Shown: piece by piece, positions 45,640-54,330 of the stretch
Position numbering within the stretch: the first letter of the stretch is position 1
Layout: each line of letters starts with the position of its first letter
From: Bdellovibrionota bacterium
GTDB lineage: Bacteria > Bdellovibrionota > UBA1018 > UBA923
Direction: 5' to 3'
DNA length: 54,330 nt
Assembly (NCBI GenBank): GCA_040754655.1
Contig: JBFMCE010000009.1
Coordinates: forward strand, 1-54,330
Made by a program: the position numbers and the translations under genes
Notes under the pieces: model-generated
What the model saw: the letters and a program-made list of their open reading frames with translations, nothing else
Database searches by the model: none
Told to the model about the DNA's origin: nothing

Positions 45640-47301
45640 GTGAAGATACCTCTAAAATCAGTAATAGTTGCGGCATTTTTTTCCTGGTGGCTCGCTTTTG
45701 CCGCAGACCCAGTCGTAAAGACCGATGCTAAACAGCTTCAGTTGAAAGAGATCGCGGCGATCGAAAAGGGGCTAAAGAGCCGATTTGGTTGGCGCGTAAG
45801 GAAAGCAATGACCAAGTTGGGGGTGGTTTACGCTGGTCGTGCAGATAGTCTTCCATCTGGTTTAGCAAGCGTCATCGAAGCCAACTTCAACGCAAAAGAT
45901 TCAGATCAGGTGGAGGCCATTGGCAGGATATACCGTGATCGGCCAAATCTGCTTCCTATTGGCATTCGAGACCGTTTATTTGGAGCTCTTTCAAGACAGG
46001 AAGACGATTTGCGCCACAAGGCCTTGTCGGCTCTCAAAGAGATCTACCGCGGTCACCCAAAGACTTTTCCCTCCGAACAGGCAACGGGTTTTCTTATATC
46101 GCGCGCTGATATCGAAGTGATCGCAGCAGTATATGAAGGGCATCCTGGTGCCTTACCCGCTAGATTTAAGCAATTGCTATCAGACGGGTTGCTTCAACCC
46201 GCCGGATGGGTGACTGCAAATGAGGCTCTTCGCGCAACAAGTATGCTGTATCGGGATCGTCCGGAGCTTGTGAACGAAGACATGCTGAAGGGCATATCCC
46301 ATCTGGCTAAAATCAGAAGAGAAGGTGGCTCAGTCGATAAAGCCTGGAAAACTATTGTTCAAATTTATGGGAAAAAGCCAGATTTCATTCCGAAACAACT
46401 TGTTCTTCAGATCGACCACCAAATTCGTAACCCGACCATAGAATATACTGAGGAAAGAACCCGTGAAACCAACAATGCTTTTGGACAGAGGTTTGTAGTA
46501 AGGGAATATTATACTGTTGAAAAGCATTATGATTCGGCAATCAAGGCCTTGGGAGCAGTGTATTTCGATAAAGCTACGTTACTTCCTGAGACTCTAAAAG
46601 AAGCAATAGCGATAGCTCTGATAAACCCAGTTGAGAAAATTAGGGATACCGCTTTTCAAAGTCTTAAGGGGGTATACTCAAGTCAAGAAGTTCTTCCACA
46701 GCGTTATCTTCAGAGTCTTTTTAGCGGATATATTGTTTTAGGACGGCCAAAGACTGACGTGGCTTATGGGTATCTTTTAGAAAATTTGTCTGCGGTAGAA
46801 CCGGCATTGCGTTCGCCAGAAGATATTGCAGCAGCACTGAATTTCGATGACGGCTCAGTTCGTCTTTTCGGGAAAGCAGCACTCAGGCAGAGCAGCGTTG
46901 AAAATCAAACCAAAACATATCTCGCGATCGTTCGCATTCTTGAAGCTACCGAGGCTCCTAAAGTCAGCCCTTATGCCTTCGAGGCGCTCAGAGAGTGGAA
47001 CGATCCTGCAGGACTCACAGTTAAGAAAGTCAAAAAATTAGCCAAGAAGTTCAAAAAAAATAGCGAGATTTTCGCTTGGCTCGAGGCAACCCAAAGTCGA
47101 TTGGAGGCCAAAGAAGGGCGCCTTACACTGGCTCCTGCGGCAGAATGGGGAAACCTTTCTATTGCGGAGGAGGAAGGACAGTTGTCACTAGTTGATGAAA
47201 GCGCGGCACTTTCATCCTCTGAGGCCGAGAAAGAAGGTCGGTGGTGCCTTCGAAGAGTAGTGTCTATCCTCACAAAACCACTAAGAATAAAGCGGAGATA
47301 A
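45640..47301 (+). CDS. secreted HEAT/ARM-repeat-like helical protein
   Basis: Signal peptide; repeated R..A..AL..(I/V)Y...P..LP helical units. Confidence 0.6.
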   Translation: MKIPLKSVIVAAFFSWWLAFAADPVVKTDAKQLQLKEIAAIEKGLKSRFGWRVRKAMTKLGVVYAGRADSLPSGLASVIEANFNAKDSDQVEAIGRIYRDRPNLLPIGIRDRLFGALSRQEDDLRHKALSALKEIYRGHPKTFPSEQATGFLISRADIEVIAAVYEGHPGALPARFKQLLSDGLLQPAGWVTANEALRATSMLYRDRPELVNEDMLKGISHLAKIRREGGSVDKAWKTIVQIYGKKPDFIPKQLVLQIDHQIRNPTIEYTEERTRETNNAFGQRFVVREYYTVEKHYDSAIKALGAVYFDKATLLPETLKEAIAIALINPVEKIRDTAFQSLKGVYSSQEVLPQRYLQSLFSGYIVLGRPKTDVAYGYLLENLSAVEPALRSPEDIAAALNFDDGSVRLFGKAALRQSSVENQTKTYLAIVRILEATEAPKVSPYAFEALREWNDPAGLTVKKVKKLAKKFKKNSEIFAWLEATQSRLEAKEGRLTLAPAAEWGNLSIAEEEGQLSLVDESAALSSSEAEKEGRWCLRRVVSILTKPLRIKRR

Positions 47302-47423
47302 GTTCCTGCACTACTTAGAACGCTAGCGAGCAATAGCCTGCGAGGAAGTTCTGCCCACAAAAAGTCTCGTGTGCGCTTCATGAACGGGTCGAGTTTTTTT
47401 CGACAAAGTATTGCGCGAAAAGA

Positions 47424-47903
47424 TCAAGCGTTATCAAACGCCGCTTTCAGTTTCTTGATGTCGAGCTTTTTCATCTTCCACATCTCAGTCATCATGGCCT
47501 CTTTCTTCGCCTTGTTTTTCGTGGTGTTCCACTTGTCGAAGTCTGCGGGAGCGATCTGCCAGCGGACGCCGAACTTGTCGATCACCCAGCCGCATTCCAC
47601 GGGCTTGCCGCCACCAGCTGTTAGTTTTTCCCAATAAGTATCGATCTCGCGCTGAGTCTTGCAAGGAACGACAAACGAAATAGATTCATTGAATGGCATA
47701 TCCGCGAACCCATTCAAGAGCATGAGTTTTTGCCCCAAAATGGTGATGTGCGCGGTGAGTACGGAGCCTTCCTTAACTCCCATGGGGTTTTTGCCCCAAT
47801 ACGAGAACTTGCCGACTTTGGTGCCCTTGAAGACGGATTTGTAGAACTTCACCATCTCAGCAGCGCTTTTGTTAGACCAGATGCAGGCGTAGGCTTTCAG
47901 CAT
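47424..47903 (-). CDS. VOC family, PhnB / 3-demethylubiquinone-9 3-methyltransferase-like protein
   Basis: FYKSVF, FNESISFVVPC.TQ.EID.YWEKL, CGWVIDKFGVRWQI, MKKLDI; AGGAG RBS. Confidence 0.92.
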   Translation of the reverse strand: MLKAYACIWSNKSAAEMVKFYKSVFKGTKVGKFSYWGKNPMGVKEGSVLTAHITILGQKLMLLNGFADMPFNESISFVVPCKTQREIDTYWEKLTAGGGKPVECGWVIDKFGVRWQIAPADFDKWNTTKNKAKKEAMMTEMWKMKKLDIKKLKAAFDNA

Positions 47904-47951
47904 TTTTGAGTGTCTCCTGGTGCGTATCCTAGCTCGGCCGCGCAGATTGAT

Positions 47952-48140
47952 CTACATGCCGTGCGTCGTCGCGGGCAACCCGTGGAGAGTGAAAGAAATT
48001 GAGGCTTTAATAAAAGCCATAATCTCTTCCATAATGATTTTTCCCAGACCCTGACCTTGGTAAGCAGGTTCCACGGCTATGTCGACCACTTGCACATGGC
48101 ATCCGCCATCACCGACGACGCGCCCCATGCCAACGAGCTT
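47952..48140 (-). pseudogene. internal fragment of a GNAT acetyltransferase gene
   Basis: Manual translation KLVGMGRVVGDGGCHVQVVDIAVEPAYQGQGLGKIIMEEIMAFIK... contains GNAT motif A (QGQGLG) but lacks the N- and C-terminal parts. Confidence 0.75.
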
Positions 48141-48152
48141 AAAGATCGCTGC

Positions 48153-50267
48153 TTAGAACTGCACCTGAATCCCTGCACCGATATTTCTGTCCGTGAGCAT
48201 AAGCCCTGCGGCCCACGACCACGAGGGGCCGTACATCAGGGAAATTTCATACTCAAAATCATGCCCGAGGTCGTGAGCTTGATTTGGCCGCCAAACCAGA
48301 TCAGCATCGGTAAAAATGGTTTTGGTCCATTGAAACCGCTTTTCCACGTCAAAGCGAAACTTTCCACGGTGATCCACTAACGCGTGCGTTTCAATGAGCA
48401 TCGGCAGCAAATATCCGATACCTGCTACCGCAGAAGCTTTTTTATCAAAGACGGTTCCGCCGCCCATAAGATGAAAATACTGATTGAACCAACGGTGATA
48501 GACGAGATCCCCTTCTACTTCCCAAGGTTCATTGAACGAGAGGTTTTTCCCCGCGGTGTTTCGGCCTTCCAATCTAGCTTCAACCTCATTCCAAGTCTGT
48601 GAAAATCTAAAGTTTGCTTGCGCGTGGTTAGAGGCGGCTTCCGCATTTCCATAAAAATACCAAGGGTCGTGCAAATGGTGGTCTTGGTGCTGGATGTGGG
48701 CGATTTCATGTTTTGGTGTGAAGCTCGAATATTTCACCACGCGCGCCATACCCGTATTCATATGAAAAAGGTTATGGCAGTGAAGCATCCATTCGCCCGG
48801 CTCATTGGCCAGAAACTCGATCGTACGACTCATGTGCGGGGGGACATCGACCGTATGCTTGAGAGGCGAGTAGTCGCCATTTCCATTCAGGACGCGAAAA
48901 AAATGCCCATGAAGATGCATCGGGTGGTGCATCATCGTAGAGTTTTCAAAGGTGAAACGAACGACATCACCTTCATTGATGACAATCGTTCGGTCTTCGT
49001 GGATTGCTTTGTTGTTGATGTGCCAGATGTAGCGTTCCATATCTCCGCCCAAGACTAGCTTTACATCATGAACCTTCGCCGTCGCAGAAAATGCCGTGGA
49101 TGATGAAGCCCTGAGTTCGTCCACCGACAATGTTTCTACCGTTTTCCCGTCTGATTCGGGCCTGGAGGCGGTCTTTGAATGTCCCGCATGGTTCATATGA
49201 TCCATATGCCCCACATGCTCGCCGTGACCTCCGTGGTCCATCGAAGCATACATGTCTGGAAAGGGCTTTATTGGCGCGGAGACTTTTTCCCCCATCCCGA
49301 TCCACCCAGAGGCCGAGCCCGTTCCATCTTGGCAAGTTGCTTTCAACTCAAAGTTTTTGTCTTCCGGAACTTCAAAGAGCACGTCATAAGTTTCGGCCAT
49401 GCCCATGAGCAATTCTTTGGCGTAGATCGGTTCAATGTCGACGCCATCAGCGGAAATAACCTTCATCGGCGATTGGCCGAGCGACACATAGAAGTAGCTT
49501 GAAGCCGCCGCGTTGATGATTCGCAGCCTGACTTTGTCGCCTGGATGCACGGTTGCTAATTGTGAGTCGCGCTTTCCGTTGATTAGAAACGCGTCGTAAC
49601 CCACATCCGAAAAATCCATTCCGCCCATTCGGGTCCACTCGTTACCCAGATAGGTGCCAAGTCTTCCGGCTTGGATCGCTCCGAACCATGAACGCATTGT
49701 TCCCTTTTTGTAGAGGTAGTAGTCACCGTCTTTGCGCAAGTTCTTAAGTATGCTGTCACCGCTTTCATCAGCCCAATCACTTAGTACGACAACGACATCT
49801 TTATCGTAGGCGATTGTTTTTTTCTTCGGATGAATGACAAGAGCTCCGTAAACGCCTTCTTGCTCTTGAGTCATCGTGTGAGAATGATACCAATAGGTTC
49901 CGTGCTGCCTGATCTTGAAGCGGAATGTGTAATCTTCTCCGCTCTTGATCGGAGGAGAGTTGACGTAAGGGACGCCGTCCATCTCGGGCGGGAGCAGAAT
50001 CCCGTGCCAGTGGACAGAGGTTTCTTGATCCGGAATGCGGTTTTTTACGACGATCTCGGCCTCATCTCCTTCGGTAAATTCCAAAGTCGGAGCGGGAATG
50101 CCCCCGTTCACGGTAAGGGCAAAGTCGACGGTCTTCTTTCCACTTAGATTGACCTTCTCGTTCTTGATTGTGAGCTCATAGTGAACCGTTTTGGCTTCTG
50201 CTTGAAAGCTTGTTAAAGGAAGTAAGGTAATAAAAATTAACAAAAATATTTTGAGAGTCATATTCAT
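48153..50267 (-). CDS. multicopper oxidase (CopA/PcoA-type) with C-terminal CopB-like beta-barrel extension
   Basis: HWHG, WYHSH, HPMHLHGHFF, HCHNLFHM copper motifs; His/Met-rich linker; C-terminal amphipathic strands ending QVQF. Confidence 0.92.
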   Translation of the reverse strand: MNMTLKIFLLIFITLLPLTSFQAEAKTVHYELTIKNEKVNLSGKKTVDFALTVNGGIPAPTLEFTEGDEAEIVVKNRIPDQETSVHWHGILLPPEMDGVPYVNSPPIKSGEDYTFRFKIRQHGTYWYHSHTMTQEQEGVYGALVIHPKKKTIAYDKDVVVVLSDWADESGDSILKNLRKDGDYYLYKKGTMRSWFGAIQAGRLGTYLGNEWTRMGGMDFSDVGYDAFLINGKRDSQLATVHPGDKVRLRIINAAASSYFYVSLGQSPMKVISADGVDIEPIYAKELLMGMAETYDVLFEVPEDKNFELKATCQDGTGSASGWIGMGEKVSAPIKPFPDMYASMDHGGHGEHVGHMDHMNHAGHSKTASRPESDGKTVETLSVDELRASSSTAFSATAKVHDVKLVLGGDMERYIWHINNKAIHEDRTIVINEGDVVRFTFENSTMMHHPMHLHGHFFRVLNGNGDYSPLKHTVDVPPHMSRTIEFLANEPGEWMLHCHNLFHMNTGMARVVKYSSFTPKHEIAHIQHQDHHLHDPWYFYGNAEAASNHAQANFRFSQTWNEVEARLEGRNTAGKNLSFNEPWEVEGDLVYHRWFNQYFHLMGGGTVFDKKASAVAGIGYLLPMLIETHALVDHRGKFRFDVEKRFQWTKTIFTDADLVWRPNQAHDLGHDFEYEISLMYGPSWSWAAGLMLTDRNIGAGIQVQF

Positions 50268-50270
50268 CGC

Positions 50271-52622
50271 TTAGTCGAGCGAAGCGTTCCTTAGTCTTAA
50301 TGCATTTCCAATCACAGAGACTGAACTGAGGCTCATTGCCGCGCTTGCAAACATTGGACTGAGAAGGAGCCCAAGGAATGGATAGAGCGCCCCGGCGGCG
50401 ATCGGCACCCCAAGGACGTTGTAGACAAATGCAAAGAAGAGATTCTGACGGATATTTTTCATCACGGCCTCACTTAGGTTTATTGCGCGGACTATTCCTC
50501 TCAGGTCCCCTTTGATGAGTGTTATGCCTGCGCTTTGAACAGCGACATCAGCGCCGGTTCCCATCGCAATTCCCACGTCTGCTTGAGCGAGGGCTGGCGC
50601 ATCGTTTACGCCGTCTCCCGCCATTGCGACCTTCCGCCCGTCGGCTTGAAGTTTTTTTACGATTTCATTTTTCCGCGAGGGAAGTACATCAGAATATACC
50701 TCATCAATTCCTAGTTTTTGGGCGACCGACCGAGCAGTAGCCTGGTGATCTCCGGTGAGCATCACGAGTCTCAATCCCATCGCGTGTAACGACTTTATTG
50801 CTTCGGGAGTTGTTTTTTTGATCGGATCAGCTACGCCAAACACTCCCGCCGTTGTTGCGTCGACAGCCAGAAATAAGACCGTTTGGCCGTCTCTTCGTAG
50901 CGTTTCGACCGTTGTTTCTAGTCCTGAAATGGTGATTCCTTCCGACTCCAAAAGCTTTGCATTTCCTAGCAATACCCTTTTCCCGTGTGCCTCGCCGCGA
51001 ACGCCCATCCCAGTTACTGATTGAAAGTGGGTGATCCCGGGCGCGTGAGAGATGCTTCGTTCTTTCGCGCCTAAAAGAATGGCCGAAGCCAACGGATGCT
51101 CACTCCCTTTTTCTAGCGCAGCGGCCAGACCTAATATTGCGGACTCCGTAAATCCGGAAGTCGATTTGACCGTAACGAGCCTTGGTTTGCCTTCGGTCAA
51201 GGTTCCTGTTTTATCGAGAACTAGAGTATCGATTTTTTCCATCCGTTCCAATGCTTCCGCGTTACGAATGAGGACGCCCGCTTGCGCTCCGCGTCCGGTG
51301 CCAACCATAATAGACATTGGAGTTGCAAGGCCCAATGCGCATGGGCAAGCAATGATGAGGATAGAGACTGCGTTGACGAGTGCAAAAGCGTAAGCAGGTT
51401 CCGGGCCGAAAACCGCCCAAACAACCGCAGCAACTATGGCGATGGCCACAACGAGAGGGACGAACCATGCCGAGACACGGTCGGCAAGGCTTTGAATGGG
51501 GGCTCGGCTTCTTTGAGCGTCGTTCACCAGTTTCACAATTTGAGCAAGAAGCGTGTCCTTTCCAACGCTTTTCGCTTCCATGATGAAACTTCCCGATTGA
51601 TTGGTGGTTCCTGCCGTAACTGATGAACCGGTTTGTTTTTCAACTGGCATCGGTTCGCCTGTAAGCATCGATTCATCCACTGAGCTTCCCCCCGATAGAA
51701 CGACGCCATCTACGGGGACTTGTTCACCGGGGCGAACTCGCAGACGAGATCCGGGCTCGACAACGCTAAGGTCGACATCTTCTTCGCTGCCGTCTTCACG
51801 TACGACGCGCGCTGTATTAGGGGCGAGTTTAAGAAGAGCTCTAATCGCGGAACTGGTTTTTCCTCGCGCTCTTAGCTCAAGCGCTTGACCGAGAAGGACG
51901 AGAGTGACGATCACGGCCGAGGCTTCAAAGTACACATGGACTCGCCCATGAGATTGAAACTCTTCGGGAAATATTCCGGGAGCTATCGTCGCAAGAATAC
52001 TGAAGAGAAAGGCAACTCCTGCTCCCAATGCGATCAAAGTGAACATATTGAGATTGCGAGTTTGGATTGAAAACCATCCGCGATGAAAAAGCGGATGCCC
52101 GGCCCAAAGAACAACGGGTGCTGCAAGAAGAAGTTGCCCCCAATTCATAGAGTTGCCGGGAAGCCACAAGTGAAATGGGTTTCCTGGAATCATTTCGCTC
52201 ATCGCGAGCACTAAGAGCGAAACTGCAAATGGGATCGACCACTTCAATCTCTTCGAAAAATCAAGAAGCTCGGGATTCGGGGCCTCTTCACTTAGCGAAA
52301 CTTCCTGCGGCTCAAGAGCCATTCCACAAATCGGGCAGCTCCCCGGACCCTTTTGTTTTACTTCCGGGTGCATGGGACAAGTGTAAATAGCATCCTGCGA
52401 TACGGTATGCAGGCTACTTTTGCCTGCATCTTTCTGAAGGTACTTGTCTGGGCTTTTTCTAAAAGACTCTAGGCAACTCTTCGAGCAGAAATAGTAGGTC
52501 GTTCCGTTCAACAAGTGGTTTCCGGCTGAGTCATTTGGATCAACATCCATTCCGCATACAGGGTCTTTCACCAGTGAACTGTTTGGTTTGGAAGTATGAC
52601 AACACGAGTGCTCGTGATTCAT
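50271..52622 (-). CDS. copA: Cu(I)-translocating P1B-type ATPase with YHS and HMBD domains
   Basis: KDPVCGM..YYFCS..C (YHS), [34 protein letters not shown] and MSLSS TM ligands. Confidence 0.95.
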   Translation of the reverse strand: MNHEHSCCHTSKPNSSLVKDPVCGMDVDPNDSAGNHLLNGTTYYFCSKSCLESFRKSPDKYLQKDAGKSSLHTVSQDAIYTCPMHPEVKQKGPGSCPICGMALEPQEVSLSEEAPNPELLDFSKRLKWSIPFAVSLLVLAMSEMIPGNPFHLWLPGNSMNWGQLLLAAPVVLWAGHPLFHRGWFSIQTRNLNMFTLIALGAGVAFLFSILATIAPGIFPEEFQSHGRVHVYFEASAVIVTLVLLGQALELRARGKTSSAIRALLKLAPNTARVVREDGSEEDVDLSVVEPGSRLRVRPGEQVPVDGVVLSGGSSVDESMLTGEPMPVEKQTGSSVTAGTTNQSGSFIMEAKSVGKDTLLAQIVKLVNDAQRSRAPIQSLADRVSAWFVPLVVAIAIVAAVVWAVFGPEPAYAFALVNAVSILIIACPCALGLATPMSIMVGTGRGAQAGVLIRNAEALERMEKIDTLVLDKTGTLTEGKPRLVTVKSTSGFTESAILGLAAALEKGSEHPLASAILLGAKERSISHAPGITHFQSVTGMGVRGEAHGKRVLLGNAKLLESEGITISGLETTVETLRRDGQTVLFLAVDATTAGVFGVADPIKKTTPEAIKSLHAMGLRLVMLTGDHQATARSVAQKLGIDEVYSDVLPSRKNEIVKKLQADGRKVAMAGDGVNDAPALAQADVGIAMGTGADVAVQSAGITLIKGDLRGIVRAINLSEAVMKNIRQNLFFAFVYNVLGVPIAAGALYPFLGLLLSPMFASAAMSLSSVSVIGNALRLRNASLD

Positions 52623-52966
52623 AGTGATGTCCTCCGAGTCAAAAGATCGGTCAGCTCTCTGATTTTCTCATCGATCTGAGGCTTGTCCTTCGAGAGCAGG
52701 GCCGAGCGTATGCAGTGTTCGAGATGCCTTTCAAAGATGCTGACTTCAACTGAACGAAGCGCGGCCATTACTGCGCGAAATTGAACCAAAATGTCGACGC
52801 AGTATCGTCCTTCCTGAATCATCTTTTGGACTCCGGAGAGCTGCCCCTCAATTCGGTTCAGCCGAGGCAGAAACTCTGAATGGTCGGGGTGTCTATGCTT
52901 GCTATAGGTTTCGCAGCAACTTTCAGTAGAGGACTTAATAGATTTCTTGGTTTTGATGGCTCTCAT
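52619..52966 (-). CDS. csoR: CsoR/RcnR family copper-sensing repressor
   Basis: [12 protein letters not shown]...RYC.DIL.Q...HLEHC (C-H-C ligands); start at ATG 52966. Confidence 0.92.
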   Translation of the reverse strand: MRAIKTKKSIKSSTESCCETYSKHRHPDHSEFLPRLNRIEGQLSGVQKMIQEGRYCVDILVQFRAVMAALRSVEVSIFERHLEHCIRSALLSKDKPQIDEKIRELTDLLTRRTSL

Positions 52967-52969
52967 AGA

Positions 52970-53001
52970 GACAATATACCCCCCAGGGGGTATATTGTCA
53001 A
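52970..53001 (-). promoter_or_regulatory. CsoR operator overlapping a sigma70 promoter
   Basis: Perfect 14-bp arms GACAATATACCCCC-CA-GGGGGTATATTGTC (52970-52999); minus strand TTGACA-N17-TATATT, 6 nt before the ATG. Confidence 0.88.
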
Positions 53002-53086
53002 GGTAGCCCAAAAAACATCGATCTGCCCAATTGTGCCACGTCAAGCTAGCACCGCCGTCAATGTTAACTGGGGAAATGCTGGGGTA

Positions 53087-53257
53087 ATGTGCCTTCTATT
53101 TGGAGGCGGTCGGTCCAGATCAGCGTCATCAGGTCCTACCTATATTTATCGCTGTTCAGTGTGCAGAAAAACCTTTCGGCGGAAGTCGATGAATCCATCA
53201 TTGAATGCCCATAAAAATTCACGAGGGCATCAATGCTATGGAACGTATGGTGTCTAG
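53087..53257 (+). CDS. possible small zinc-binding protein (CxxC...H...C), perhaps truncated
   Basis: YRCSVCRKTFRRKSMNPSLNAHKNSRGHQCYG; reading through TAG 53255 adds VKTEW*. Confidence 0.35.
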   Translation: MCLLFGGGRSRSASSGPTYIYRCSVCRKTFRRKSMNPSLNAHKNSRGHQCYGTYGV

Positions 53258-53362
53258 GTCAAAACCGAGTGGTAAATTGCATTCTCGTTGATATTTCATT
53301 CCTTCGCGGGACCTTTTCAGGCTCGGTTGACTAACTCTATCGATCCGCTTAACCCATAGGTA

Positions 53363-54330
53363 ATGAATCTCAGTATCTCATCTTCTAAAGAATGGAAGTT
53401 TTGGATTTTTATAGTTTCTGTTCTTCTGGCTGTTACTAGCGCCATCGCTATAACAGAAGTAGAGGCAGATGACGGGCCGCCGATTTTTTCAACTTTCAAT
53501 GCCTTCAAAGAAGCTTATCAAGCAGCGGAACCAGACTCTCAAGAAAAGCTTCTCGATTCGTATATCAAGCATCAGCAAAGGCATGGTGGTTTTCCGATCA
53601 TAGATCACAATGGCACAGTGACTTTCTTCTATCGTTCAACTGAAAATCAAACTGCTGTTAATCTTATCGGGGAATTTAAGCCAGAATCATTTTACAGCAT
53701 TGGATGGGACGAAACTGGAGTTCAGATGTCACGCCTTGCTGAGAAAAGTGATGTGTATTTTACGCAATTAAAGTTCCAGGCAGATGCTCGTCTAGAATAT
53801 TTGTTTGTTGTTAGCGGAGAAAAGAAGCTCGATCCATTAAATCCAAAGACGTACTTTAATGGGCCAATTGTCAGCGATGCATCAGAGCTTGTGATGCCCA
53901 AGTATCCGCTAATCAAAGAAGCGAAATCGATTCCCACGGAGTCTAAAGGAACGATACAGGCAGTTTCAGCGGACTGGGTAAAGGCGCCAATTCACGTTTA
54001 TTTGCCTGCTGGTTATGATTCCAAGAAATCTTATCCAGTGATCTACACCGCTGATGGCAGCGCATGGATGAAATACATGAAGCTTCCTGAAATGCTAGAT
54101 CAGTTGATAGCAGAAAAAGATATTGAACCAGTGATCGCGGTGATGATCGATCCAACAGAAGACCGTAGGAACTGGTACCTCTTTAATCCAGACTATGTCA
54201 GGTATCTGGAAACGATCATTCAATATGTAGATAAAACGTTTTCAACTAAAGCAGATGCCCGCCATCGATTTCATTTTGGAACATCCGCTGGAGGAAGGGC
54301 TGCCTTTCACGCTGCTTTTGAGCGCCCGGA
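53363..54330 (+). CDS. secreted enterochelin esterase (Fes)-like alpha/beta hydrolase, 3' end outside window
   Basis: Not in the ORF track. Manual translation: signal/TM region, FPII...VTFFYR, DARLEYLFVV..DPLNP, VYLPAGY...YPVIY.ADG, nucleophile GTSAGG. Confidence 0.88.
   Translation, partial: MNLSISSSKEWKFWIFIVSVLLAVTSAIAITEVEADDGPPIFSTFNAFKEAYQAAEPDSQEKLLDSYIKHQQRHGGFPIIDHNGTVTFFYRSTENQTAVNLIGEFKPESFYSIGWDETGVQMSRLAEKSDVYFTQLKFQADARLEYLFVVSGEKKLDPLNPKTYFNGPIVSDASELVMPKYPLIKEAKSIPTESKGTIQAVSADWVKAPIHVYLPAGYDSKKSYPVIYTADGSAWMKYMKLPEMLDQLIAEKDIEPVIAVMIDPTEDRRNWYLFNPDYVRYLETIIQYVDKTFSTKADARHRFHFGTSAGGRAAFHAAFERP

Noticed and set aside
52967..53044. Longer 141-aa csoR ORF and 5' part of the 52880-53257 plus ORF
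   Set aside because: These run through the operator/promoter palindrome or are antisense to csoR
53317..54155. Short minus-strand ORFs at the right edge
   Set aside because: Antisense to the Fes-like esterase
1..54330. tRNA, rRNA, IS elements, prophage, integron
   Set aside because: No cloverleaf or rRNA-like tract, transposase, integrase or phage structural gene recognised by eye; small RNAs and riboswitches cannot be excluded without covariance-model searches

Overview
A gene-dense (about 50 CDS) bacterial chromosomal segment with no rRNA, tRNA, CRISPR array, transposase or integrase that I can recognise. The gene content (many PAS histidine kinases, REC-PilZ, a variant HD-GYP, an orphan family-5 solute-binding protein, secreted orphans, sigma54- and sigma28-type promoters) suggests a Bdellovibrionota/Oligoflexia-like organism; this is inference only. 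Main blocks: (1) 1-23.3 kb, mixed envelope, stress and metabolic genes (DUF1460 amidase-like, FabL-like SDR, GT2/nucleotidyltransferase, diguanylate cyclase, DoxX, YbhB, VIT1, FRG, ABC-F, aconitase, Zn-dehydrogenase, sensor kinases). (2) 23.4-31.0 kb, an 8-gene minus-strand signalling operon: RedB-like CxC protein, membrane/GAF kinase, REC, a 77-aa stand-alone HisKA-like protein, REC-HD-GYP, FIST (NosP-like), kinase, REC-PilZ. It is the best candidate for an undescribed redox/NO-to-c-di-GMP phosphorelay. (3) 33.4-48.1 kb, a detoxification cluster (SnoaL, VOC, ArsR-SRPBCC, GNAT, a TolC-RND pair with no adaptor) broken by gene remnants and orphan genes, and including a non-coding ~31-bp-period degenerate repeat array with an inverted copy at 34.2-34.45 kb. 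(4) 48.2-53.0 kb, a CsoR-regulated copper operon. (5) A partial Fes-like esterase at the right edge. Many genes appear leaderless, and one divergent pair shares overlapping start codons in a CATG palindrome.
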